This document shows, in pieces, positions 21,999-31,650 of a stretch of DNA of 64,000 bases (positions are counted from its first letter, which is position 1; each line of letters starts with the position of its first letter). Origin of the DNA: Sedimentisphaerales bacterium. Its GTDB lineage: Bacteria; Planctomycetota; Phycisphaerae; Sedimentisphaerales; SM23-30. Both the position numbers and the translations under genes were made by a program. The stretch covers positions 192,001 to 256,000 of the forward strand of contig CAXXMR010000020.1 of assembly GCA_963663805.2 (NCBI GenBank), given 5' to 3'. A model generated the notes under the pieces. That model was not told the origin of the DNA. It did no database searches and saw only the letters and a program-made list of their open reading frames with translations.

Positions 21999-22913
21999 CT
22001 ATTTCCACACTCCTCCAGCGATCCACTTTTTCGCCAAAGAATCATTCCCTGCAACGGCAGTTAAAGGTGGTTGCAGGAACTTTTCTATATCCTTAACAAC
22101 TTCTTTGAGTTTAAGATTCACATCTTCAAGCTTGCTTGTTCGCAAGAAAGCCTGCCACTGCTGTTGTTTATCCGGGTTTGCGTAAAACTCTTCAGTGAAT
22201 GCTATCGGGCACTCAATTGGAATGCCTGTACCTCGACGCTCGAATGTGGCTTTAATTGCGTTGCTTAGATTGCCGCCGTCAAATTCAAACTCCTGTGATA
22301 AAATTCTTAGATCGTAAAAGTCTTTCATTCGACTGTTTAGCACGCCCTTTGAAACAATCGTTTCAAGTTTTTCAGCTACAACCGTTTCAATTGGGTAGGC
22401 TTTAATATGCGGCGAAGGCATATCCAACAAAGTCGGATAATCGATCTCTATCGGTGCCGGGATAATGCTGTCGCCAAAGCCGATGTTGATTTGGATATTA
22501 ATGCGGGCATTACCGAGTCTGCTTTCAAGCTTTACTCGCTGACCAGGATATTCCAGCTCTTCACGTATTTCGGTTATACGGATGGTCTCGGGATTAAACG
22601 TCATACCGTCAGGCTCAACCGTAACCTTGCATATTTCGCTAAATATTACTCGAATCGCTTTTGCGGACGCATCCCCGAAGCCCAATAAGTCCAGGTCTTT
22701 TGTTGGGCGGTACGGCTTACCTGCCCAGACCGCCCAGAGCATTGCACCTTTCAAAACGAATTTGCTGGATTGTCTTGAACATGAAAGACGATACAGCAAA
22801 CGCTCAATTGCATATCGTATAAAAACCAGATTTGGGTCTTCACCTCTTTTATTGCTGAGATTGATCAATTTCTGACGAACTGAAGCAACGATATTTTGTC
22901 CGGTGTTTTTCAT
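21999..22913 (-). CDS. AbiEii/AbiGii-family nucleotidyltransferase toxin (type IV TA)
   Basis: FVLKGA, RPTKDLDL, VVAEKLE, NSRMKDFYDL. Confidence 0.92.
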   Translation of the reverse strand: MKNTGQNIVASVRQKLINLSNKRGEDPNLVFIRYAIERLLYRLSCSRQSSKFVLKGAMLWAVWAGKPYRPTKDLDLLGFGDASAKAIRVIFSEICKVTVEPDGMTFNPETIRITEIREELEYPGQRVKLESRLGNARINIQINIGFGDSIIPAPIEIDYPTLLDMPSPHIKAYPIETVVAEKLETIVSKGVLNSRMKDFYDLRILSQEFEFDGGNLSNAIKATFERRGTGIPIECPIAFTEEFYANPDKQQQWQAFLRTSKLEDVNLKLKEVVKDIEKFLQPPLTAVAGNDSLAKKWIAGGVWK

Positions 22914-23515
22914 GACAGTGCCTCAAGATAAGGTTTCATTACTTGACTGACTCTGCAAATTTTGGCATATTGCCAAAGTTCGTCATTACTGCAAAGCCTC
23001 CTTTGGCGACAATCTTTCAGTGCCTCCAGTGCGATATCAAGGCCGATCTTATTGCGGTATTTGAAGCAGTCAGCCACTGTTTTTGCTATATTATAGACCC
23101 TGACCGCCACTCCCTCAATGATATGCTCTTCAATGCCCTCCGAAAGAGATTTACCCGAAAAACGCATGACACGTACCGGCGGATATTTCAGTCTGGGTCG
23201 GGCTGCCTTGCGATCAATGGCAATCCAAATCTCATGTGGAAGCTGGGTTCCAATATCATGGAATAGCAGAGCCGACAGCAGGCATACGACAGCATGGGGA
23301 ACCCGTTTGGCAACCTGAGCCAGTCCGATATTTTCGCTGAAATCCATATCTGAAGGAATATATGTACCTCTGCCTATTTTTATAAGCAGTCCTTGGTCAC
23401 ATAGCCTGCGGAGATATTCCGGATGCATCCCTTCGGCAATGGCATCCCGGACACGAATTACGCCATGCTCTCTGGCATATTCCAGTACTTTGTCTATTTT
23501 GCTGCCTTTTTCCAT
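22910..23515 (-). CDS. AbiEi-family antitoxin
   Basis: GLLIKIGRGTY, CLLSAL, KTVADCFKYRNKIGLDIALEAL; overlaps the toxin start. Confidence 0.92.
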   Translation of the reverse strand: MEKGSKIDKVLEYAREHGVIRVRDAIAEGMHPEYLRRLCDQGLLIKIGRGTYIPSDMDFSENIGLAQVAKRVPHAVVCLLSALLFHDIGTQLPHEIWIAIDRKAARPRLKYPPVRVMRFSGKSLSEGIEEHIIEGVAVRVYNIAKTVADCFKYRNKIGLDIALEALKDCRQRRLCSNDELWQYAKICRVSQVMKPYLEALS

Positions 23516-23922
23516 TGTGTAATATCATTTCCTTATAATAATAAGTGCCGATATTATTACACATTTCGGATAGTTTTGTCAAGAGCATTAGAAAATTTGA
23601 CTGAAAATGAATATATCCATTTTTTTTGAGCTATAAACCTCCTTTTGTTAACTAATTATGGTTTTTCGAGGCGTTTTACCGCCTTGAAAACCTAGTTGTA
23701 CTGAACGCGTGGGTTGGTTGGGTGTTTCGAAGCGTTTTTTGGGTTGGTGTTTTGGGCGTTTTTTATGTTTCTGCGGGTATCGGCATCATGCTTTTTGCGA
23801 GCTTTGGTCTCTTCGGCGCATACCGGTGACGTAGTCCCGAACTTTGTGGTTCATTCCGGGCGATTTTGTTCGCTGGGTCATTGTTCGATGTGATGGCAAA
23901 AGATGTTCAAGACCATGGCGGC

Positions 23923-25038
23923 TTACGGACTGCGGGCTCGGTGTCTAGGCAGCGTTTCGATCAACTGCAATTGTTTACTGCCGCAATGAAGGCACTTCAG
24001 TGGTTGCTCGGGAGTTTTTTCGTCATCTGATTCCGGTGCACTGAGCATCAATGTCGACTCCGGCATCTGTTCGGTAACGGCCAATGAACAGATCAGTTTT
24101 TTGACATTATGCCGATTGGAAGGATGCCAGATCCCATAGTAACGCACCTTATGAAAGCCCTTTGGCAATACGTGCTGCAGATACCGCCGGATAAACTCAC
24201 AGCCCTCAAGTTTTAATATCTTCCAATTACCGGTCCGTCGATCTTTATGCTTGAATGTCACATACGTGCTGTCCATACTCAGGATACGATTATTGGTAAT
24301 CGCGATTCGAAACACATAACGGCCCAGATAATTCAAGACCGCTTTTGAGCCTTGCTCATAATGCAAACTGTGCACGACCCAGTCTCTGTCCCAGGCAGCA
24401 GTATCTATCTGTTGGTAAAGATCAGGATAGTTCTTTCTGAGTCTGGCGGCCAATTTGCCTCTGATCAATCTGGAAAGAGCCCGGACCGGCACCAGGTATT
24501 TATTTTTGCAGGATACCCACCGGCCCTGCTGGTCAACCCCGCCGCCGGTAACCAGCAGATGAACATGGGGATGATAGCTCAGATTGCTGCCCCAGGTATG
24601 CAATACCGCTAAAATACCAACTCTCGCCCCGAGATGTTTGGGATCATCGGCCAACTGAATTAGAGCATCGGTGGCAGTTTTCATCAGCAGCGAGTACAGC
24701 TGCTTTTGGTTACTGCGAAACACAGTGCGCAGAGATTGCGGTAATGTCACCGTTACGTGAAAATAATCGCATGGTAACAATTCGGCAGTGCGTTGCTCGA
24801 GCCATATACTGGTCTGTTCCCGGTGGCAGGCGGGACAATGCCGGTTGCGACAGCCATGGAAGACGTATGATTTCTTGCCACAATTATCACACTGGTAAAC
24901 ATGACCACCCATTTCGGGGGTACGGCATCTCTGAATATCCAATAACGCTTGTTTGTGCGAAACAGGCATGGACTCCGAGAACCGCTGCAGGTATAATGGA
25001 CCGAACTGACGCATGATGTCGGCCAGTTCGATGGACAT
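23923..25038 (-). CDS. IS91-family (Y2/HUH) transposase with zinc-binding domain
   Basis: CRT..GG, CRNRHCPAC, HTWG..YHPHVH, YLGRY, GFHKVRYYG. Confidence 0.93.
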   Translation of the reverse strand: MSIELADIMRQFGPLYLQRFSESMPVSHKQALLDIQRCRTPEMGGHVYQCDNCGKKSYVFHGCRNRHCPACHREQTSIWLEQRTAELLPCDYFHVTVTLPQSLRTVFRSNQKQLYSLLMKTATDALIQLADDPKHLGARVGILAVLHTWGSNLSYHPHVHLLVTGGGVDQQGRWVSCKNKYLVPVRALSRLIRGKLAARLRKNYPDLYQQIDTAAWDRDWVVHSLHYEQGSKAVLNYLGRYVFRIAITNNRILSMDSTYVTFKHKDRRTGNWKILKLEGCEFIRRYLQHVLPKGFHKVRYYGIWHPSNRHNVKKLICSLAVTEQMPESTLMLSAPESDDEKTPEQPLKCLHCGSKQLQLIETLPRHRARSP

Positions 25039-25050
25039 GACTCAGCCCAG

Positions 25051-26054
25051 TTAAGGTGAGCGAGTCATGATTTTCTCGATGGTATTGCGAACTTTGTTTT
25101 GGATGGGCGTGGTCATGTGCGTGTAGATCTCAGTTGACTTAATGCTTCTGTGCCCCAGAAGCATCTGGACAACACGCACATCCACGCCATTTTCCAATAA
25201 TCGCGTGGCAAAACTATGACGCAGGATATGAGGAGTTACGTCCTTGATCGCTAATGATTGGGCCGCTTGATTGAATGCCTTCCGAACCGCACTGTCCGTG
25301 ATGTGACTCTTGCCATAGCGACTGGGAAAAAGATATTTGGGATGCTGATGACCTTTCCAGAACATACGCATCAAATATAGAGTACTGGGCGAAATCGGCA
25401 CCAGTCTTTGGGAATTACCCTTGCCAATGACCGTCAAATTGCCGGTGGCCTTATCGATGTCGGAAATTTCAATCTTGACAGCCTCCCCCAAACGCAGGCC
25501 GCAGGAATACATCATCTGCAGACAGCAGCGATATATCGGGCGATCTAACGCGTGAATCAATTGCAGGCAGTCGCTATGTTCCAGAACCCGGGGTAAACGG
25601 AACTGAGATAACGAACGCATTTTTTTTAAAAAAGATGCCAGTCTTTACCCAGAGTCTCATTGAAGAAGAATCTCAGGGCGAACCGTAACACCTTGAAAGT
25701 GCCTTTAGGAATGTTACGGCGATGCCGTGCCAATAGATACTCTGCGACCTGCTGCTCGGTGAGTTCGTTCGGAGCACACCAATAGTAGCGGACGATTTGC
25801 TCGACCGCATCCAGATAGGTTCGACGCGACTCCGCCGCCAAACCGGCCAGTTCCATGTCCTTGAGAAACTGAGCCCTGAGGACGTTGGCCTCAGCGATCT
25901 GGGGTAATTTGCCGCCTGGAGTGACAGTACTGAGTTTTGGGGAATCGATTCGTTGCTTCATGAGTTCTACCTTTCTGTGCCAGAATCTAAAAAAAGCCCG
26001 GCCCAACGCCGGACAGCATAGAAATAGTATAACCCCAAGCACCCCAATCCCCAA
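25051..26054 (-). CDS. Tyrosine recombinase split at a T6A8 run (25626-26054 and 25051-25620)
   Basis: SAM-like N-domain; GLRLGE, GKG, HILRHSFAT, LLGH, TEIY. Confidence 0.82.
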
Positions 26055-26140
26055 AAAACGGCCCTAATAACCCAAAAACAACGAAAAGCTTCCAATCTTA
26101 GCCACGGCGAAGCCGTTTAGTACAACGGGCGGGTTGGCAG

Positions 26141-26233
26141 AAATAGTCATTTTTTGACTATTTCATAAAGTTCTATTGAATTTCAGTCGAAAATATTATA
26201 TATTTAACAAAAGTAGTCACAGTACGACTGTTT
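26141..26233 (+). promoter_or_regulatory. Two 23-bp inverted repeats (probable AbiEi operators) flanking a candidate promoter
   Basis: AAATAGTCA-N5-TGACTATTT (26141-26163, perfect); AAGTAGTCA-N5-CGACTGTTT (26211-26233); TTGAAT-N17-TATATT between them. Confidence 0.65.
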
Positions 26234-26252
26234 TTATATAAAGCAGAGAATC

Positions 26253-28109
26253 ATGAACAGATTGACAGAACAGTTTTTTCAAGCCCCCACAGGGGTATTT
26301 ACCCAATCAGACGTGGCTGTTGCGATTGACGGCACGGATTTTAGCCGCCACGGACTTGTCAAACGCGCTATGGCGGGCGGAGAAATCCTCAATATCCGTC
26401 GCGGTTTGTATTGCCTGGCTCCCAAATTCCAAAAGAAGCCTATTAGTGTTTACAGCCTGGCAGAACAGGTTTATGGCCCCAGCTACATCAGCATGGAGGC
26501 AGCCTTGAGTTATCATGGCTGGATTCCAGAGGCGGTTTACACTTGCACCTGTGCGAGTTTTGGCAACAGCAAGGAATTTGAGACCCCTCTTGGGGTATTC
26601 AGCTATAAACGTATTCCGCAAAATACATTTTATTTTGCCGTTGAACGATGCGTGGATGAAAACAACAATATTTTCTTTATGGCCTCACCAGCAAAAGCTC
26701 TGGCCGATCATCTTTATAGCCAAAGTATGAACTGGGCCGGTACTAAAGAGCCAGTCGAGAGCTTACGAATTGATGAGGATGGACTAGTGCCTTGTAAAAA
26801 TTAAATACACCTATTCGATCTGTCCGATAATGACCCCATAAGCCGATTTTTTATGGAGTCTGTTATGAACAAGAAGTACATTGTTCGTCTAAGCGACGAA
26901 GAACGCCGTGAATTGGTTGAGGTCATTAACAAGCTCAAGGGAACCTCGCAAAAAGTCAAGCGTGCGCAAATATTACTCAAGGCGGATGCCGACGGCCCTA
27001 ACTGGCCTCACCATCAAATTGCCGAAGCGTTTCTATGTCGCGTCAAAACCGTGTCGAATGTTTGTAGGTCCCTGGTGGAACGAGGATTTGACATAACCTT
27101 GAATGGCAAAAAGCGTGATACGCCGCCTCGCGCTAAATTGCTGGACGGCCAGCAGGAAGCCAAGATCATTGCACTGAGATTGAGCGAGCCGCCGGCAGGG
27201 TATAGCAACTGGTCACTGCGACTGCTCGCCGAGAAAGCAGTTGAATTAGAGATTGTGGATTCCATCAGTCATACGACGGTTAGTACCACCTTAAAAAAAA
27301 TGACATGACGAAACGGAAAATTCAGTATTGGGTGATTCCGCCGGATCAAAGCAGCGAATTTGTGGCCTGCATGGAAGATGTCCTGGATGTCTATGCGATG
27401 CCATATGACCCGGATTTTCCGGTTGTTTGTATGGATGAGCAACCGGTTCAGTTACTCAAGGAAACACGAACCCCGATTCCGGCAACGCTGAATCACCCGC
27501 GTCGCGTGGATTATGAATATGAGCGTGCCGGAACGGCAAGTCTCTTTATTTTTACCGAACCGCTATCCGGCTGGCGTGATGTGAATGCCCGCCCCCAGCG
27601 TACAAAGGTTGACTGGGCGATTGAAATGGCAGATTTGCTTGATGGTCGCTATGCCAAAGCGAAAAAAGTTCTTCTGGTGTGTGACAATTTGAATACACAT
27701 ACCAAAGGGGCTTTCTACGACGTTTTTCCTCCGGAACAGGCTCGTAAATATGTGGAAAAGATTGAATTTCATTATACGCCCAAACACGGCAGTTGGCTCA
27801 ATATTGCTGAAAACGAACTGAGTTCGATGACCCGGCAATGTTTGAAAGATCGAAAAATGACAGATATTGATATGCTGAAAAAAGAGACGAGTGCCTGGGC
27901 TACAAATTTCAATGAAAAACAGAGAGGTGTGGACTGGCAATTTAAGGTAGAAGAGGCCAGATGTAAACTTCGCTCACTCTACCCGAATATTTAAGGATTA
28001 CAAGGCACTAGTCTGCGTAACCGCAGAAGAACTCAAAGGACTTTTAAAAAACTACAACAACGGTCGGGTAAAGCGTTTTTTGACCGGCTGGCTTCGCGAG
28101 GTGCAATGA
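26253..28109 (+). pseudogene. AbiEi-type antitoxin interrupted by IS630
   Basis: IRRGLY, PSYISMEAALSYHGWIPE, ASPAKALAD; DEDGL|VCVTAEEL..REVQ* rejoins in frame and overlaps the toxin ATG. Confidence 0.88.
26787..28008 (+). mobile_element. IS630-family element (ORFs 26853-27308 and 27305-27994, -1 shift at A8)
   Basis: IRs GTGCCTTGTAA / TTACAAGGCAC; TA duplicated within CTAG; CMDE, DNLNTH, SWLNIAE. Confidence 0.93.
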
Positions 28110-28966
28110 TGAGCGTAAAAATGATTCAACAACGTCTATTGAGCTACAATTGTAAAACCGACATTGAGGAGCAACAGGCCATTCGCGAGATTACACAGGA
28201 AGTGGTGCTTGCTGCACTTGGCCGTGGAGACTTCTTTAAGCATGCATTATTTCAGGGCGGAACCTGCCTACGAATTTTCTACGGCCTGAACCGCTTTTCC
28301 GAAGATATGGATTTTATACTGCGTCAAAGCAAACCCGATTTTCAATTGAAAGACCACCTCAAACATCTGACCGATGAGCTGGCCGCTTACGGATATAATA
28401 TTGAAATCACCGATCGCTCCAAAATCGAGGCAACGATAAAAAAAGCTTTCCTGAAAGACAACTCCCTGGGCAAGATAATAGACTTACATCATGCCAATCA
28501 GACAGGCCCAATGGCGAAAATCAGAATAAAATTGGAGGTTGATACCAAACCGCCGGCTGGCAGCGGCCAAGAATTGAAATATCTGGATTTTCCGTTTGTT
28601 ACAACGATAGCCGTGCAGGATAAGCCAAGCTTGTTTGCTGGTAAAATCCATGCTTTACTCTGTCGCGAGTATATCAAAGGCCGGGATTGGTATGATTTCA
28701 TTTGGTACACCAGTAATGGCATTGACATAAATTATGATTTTCTAGCCTCGGCAATCAATCGACTCGGACCGTGGCAAGGCCAGTCGCTTACTGTTGACAA
28801 GGCGTGGACACTGAGTGAACTGGAACAAAAAATCACCTCCTTAAACTGGAAGCAGGCCGCTGAAGATGTGCGTCGATTTGTCCAGGTCAATGAACAGCCT
28901 TCGCTTGATTTGTGGAGCAAAGAAATGTTTCTATCACAATTGGATAAACTCGATCGAACTTTGTGA
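28106..28966 (+). CDS. AbiEii/AbiGii-family nucleotidyltransferase toxin
   Basis: FQGGTCLRIFYGLNRFSEDMDF, KLEVD, AGKIHAL, KGRDWYD. Confidence 0.93.
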   Translation: MMSVKMIQQRLLSYNCKTDIEEQQAIREITQEVVLAALGRGDFFKHALFQGGTCLRIFYGLNRFSEDMDFILRQSKPDFQLKDHLKHLTDELAAYGYNIEITDRSKIEATIKKAFLKDNSLGKIIDLHHANQTGPMAKIRIKLEVDTKPPAGSGQELKYLDFPFVTTIAVQDKPSLFAGKIHALLCREYIKGRDWYDFIWYTSNGIDINYDFLASAINRLGPWQGQSLTVDKAWTLSELEQKITSLNWKQAAEDVRRFVQVNEQPSLDLWSKEMFLSQLDKLDRTL

Positions 28967-29326
28967 AAATGGGCGGCTTCAAGCATCTAACCGAACTCTG
29001 CGACGAATTCCAAACCTGGTACAATCAATGGCGTCCTCACATGACACTCGATGGCTTAAGGCCGGATGATGTCTTCTATAGCAACAAACCTGAAATGCCT
29101 GACAACGATGCGAAAGAAGTGCCGCCCAATATTGAGCAACGCTACTTTTGCCAAACCCAGAGAGCGGTGGGCTATCGGCTAAAACAGTCTGCTTGAATCT
29201 TGGTGAATCCAGGGCTTAACTGCAGTATCGTTCTACGCAGATTTAGCGTTTTCTCGACAAGCCTGCCGAAAATCCGACGATTTACCATTCAGTGTTCTTC
29301 GACAACTCTGAATCTGAACTCATATC

Positions 29327-31317
29327 ATCGAGTAGACATAATATGACTCCGCCACTTAGGTTTCATTTGTTTTCACTGTTTCTCCTGCCTTTCGGTATCA
29401 GGAGTGTCACATTATTCAACCTTATGAGGAGTTTCAATGTCCCTCACAGAACCGGACTTGAAGATTTCCTTCATCCGGCTCTTCAGTAGAACTCACAGTG
29501 CAGACGATCGCACATACAGATTGTGCACTATCTTCGGTCTTGGCAATGGGTAGTGTTTCAAGTATTCATTGAACTGTTCCCAACTGAACGATTGACGCTG
29601 GCTTCGCCGATTGAGCCATTTATGGGCCATTATAACGGTTTCTCTATAAAATTGATTTATAGAATGCCAATTACAACTAACACCATAGTATTGATAGTGG
29701 CCCCGTAGCTTCGCCTGTAGAACCGGCCACCATTCCTTGACCTTCTTGTAGTTCCGTATGCGTCTCAGCCAGTCATTCATCTCTTTGCATTTCATACGGA
29801 ATTTCTTCTGGCTGGTCTTACGACCAACCATAAACCTACCCATGCGGCTTACACTGCAATGATGGGTAAAGCCGAGAAAGTCAAAGGTGTTGGCTTTACG
29901 GTTCTGTCGCTGAGCATTCTCTCGTTCGTATCTGCCAAAACTTATCACGCGGGTTTTCTCTGTGTGTAATTCCAGAGAAAACTTCGCAAACCTCGCTCGC
30001 AAGGCCTGCTCAATACTTTGAGCATCTTCCTGATATTGAACCATGCAGATGAAATCATCTGCGTAACGCACCAGGGAGCAGAAACCTTTGGTTCGTGGTT
30101 TGACGCATTTGTCACACCACAGGTCGAGCACATAGTGCAGGAATATATTGGAGAGCATTGGACTGAGATTACCACCTTGCGGTGTGCCTGTGTGGTCAAT
30201 ACAAGTTGATCGGCATCAACATATCCCGCTTTCAGAAATCTTCTTATCAGAAGTAGAAAGCTGGGATCTTTGATCCGAACTTGTAGAAACTCCATCATCC
30301 ATGTGTGTGAGACATTATCAAAGAATCCCTTGATATCTGCCTCAATGATATGATTGACAGGTTTCGTCATAATCGTATTGTCCACGACTTTGAGAGCATG
30401 ATGACACCCGCGGCCGGAGCGAAATCCATAGGAACAATCCAGAAAATCAACCTCGTAGATCGCCTCAAGAATATGGGCAATCCCCTTCTGGACTATCTTG
30501 TCCTCAAGGGATGGTAGTCCCAGAGGCCGTTTCTCATGTTCGTTCTTCGGGATATACACCCGTTTGGCAGGTTGCGGCTTGTACCGCTTGGACTTCATGC
30601 GGGCCACAAGGCAACCGAGATTCTCATCCAGCTGCTCTCCATATTCCTTCCAACTGACTCCATCTATGCCACTGGCTCGGTCCCTGCCGAGACCAAAGTA
30701 GCATTCCTTCAGGAACCTTTTGTTCAGTAAATGAGCTATACTCGTAAACTGTAACTTCGGGTCCTTCCGGGCCTGTTCTGATATGAGGGCTAATTTTGTT
30801 TGTGTTGAGTGATCCATCTCAGGGTATGGCTCCCACATACGCATCCCTCTGCGTTCTACTGCTATCCCCTTCGAGTGCCCCAACCTTCCGGGGCTCACCG
30901 GGCGTTGCCCCGGTTACACCTCTACTATGAGATAGTCTGACTACCATCCCGCCATACTTCCGCCTTGCCTCTTCAGCTTGTTGGAAGCTTACATCGGGAA
31001 CGGGATGGTTCTCCCAAGTTCCAATGTGAACCGTTGATTTACCTGCCATGGCCTCCGATCCCGACACGCCGCCGACATACTCGCCTTTACGCATGCAGCG
31101 ATACTGGCTTCCAGAAAAGTCATAACCTTGGCCCAGTGCCACTTTCTCTATTTCGGGACTCAATACCTTCACTTGCGTTATGGCCGACAAATCGCCGTCC
31201 CTTTGGCTTCGCATAATTCGTTACCTCATTATACGCAAAGTTCCGTTCTGGCCTGGTGGCTAGCCTTTGGCCAGGCTGGATTGTCCAGCTTGTTCACATT
31301 AGCTTTGCTTGGCACAC
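29327..31317 (-). ncRNA. Group II intron (IIB-like, AGC triad), 1991 nt
   Basis: 5' GTGTG, 3' ..CTACTCGAT; DV GAGCCGGATGAAGGAAATCTTCAAGTCCGGTTC; DVI stem with bulged A; boundaries fixed by the empty allele at 42319/42320. Confidence 0.9.
29493..30898 (-). pseudogene. ltrA: Intron RT/maturase without endonuclease domain, frameshifted near 30185 (true start probably ~30817)
   Basis: RPLGLP, SYGFR, ADIKGFFD, broken GTPQGG, RYADD, FDFLGF, domain X GHYQYY. Confidence 0.9.
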
Positions 31318-31650
31318 AACTTTTCAAAGAGCAAAATTGTCAAATTTCAGCCGCGTTAAAGCGGTATTACGTTCGGTTGACAACTACACCATTGATTATG
31401 GTTGAAATTTATGTTTTTCGGGGCTGTTTTGCAAGTAAATATTACCTAGAATTTCATCTGAGATATAATGCCACCATAATCAGAAGAACATATACATATT
31501 TCACGGCTCTGATAGCCAGCCTCAGCGACAAAGCAGCCTCGGGATGCCCTGCTCAAACAGCAGCAATCGCTGGACTATTGCCAGGAGAAAGTTCGGATAC
31601 TTCGAGAAGTCCTTCAGGACAAGTATGACTGCAAACCTTCTCGCAACACA

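Larger units (their letters stand above)
23695..26126 (-). mobile_element. IS91-like transposase + tyrosine recombinase element
   Basis: Two co-oriented genes bounded by inverted GTTGTACT / AGTACAAC; hairpin ACGGC-GAA-GCCGT next to the right end. Confidence 0.7.
28975..31388 (+). mobile_element. 3' remnant of an rve element (relative of 40852-42390) carrying the group II intron
   Basis: GFKHLTELCDEFQTWY..YRLKQSA* and the downstream DNA match 41971-42390. Confidence 0.85.

Noticed and set aside
29493..30898. RT as a retron, DGR or defence RT
   Set aside because: It lies within a complete group II intron (GTGTG start, DV, DVI) and has a maturase domain; no template/variable repeat pair was seen.
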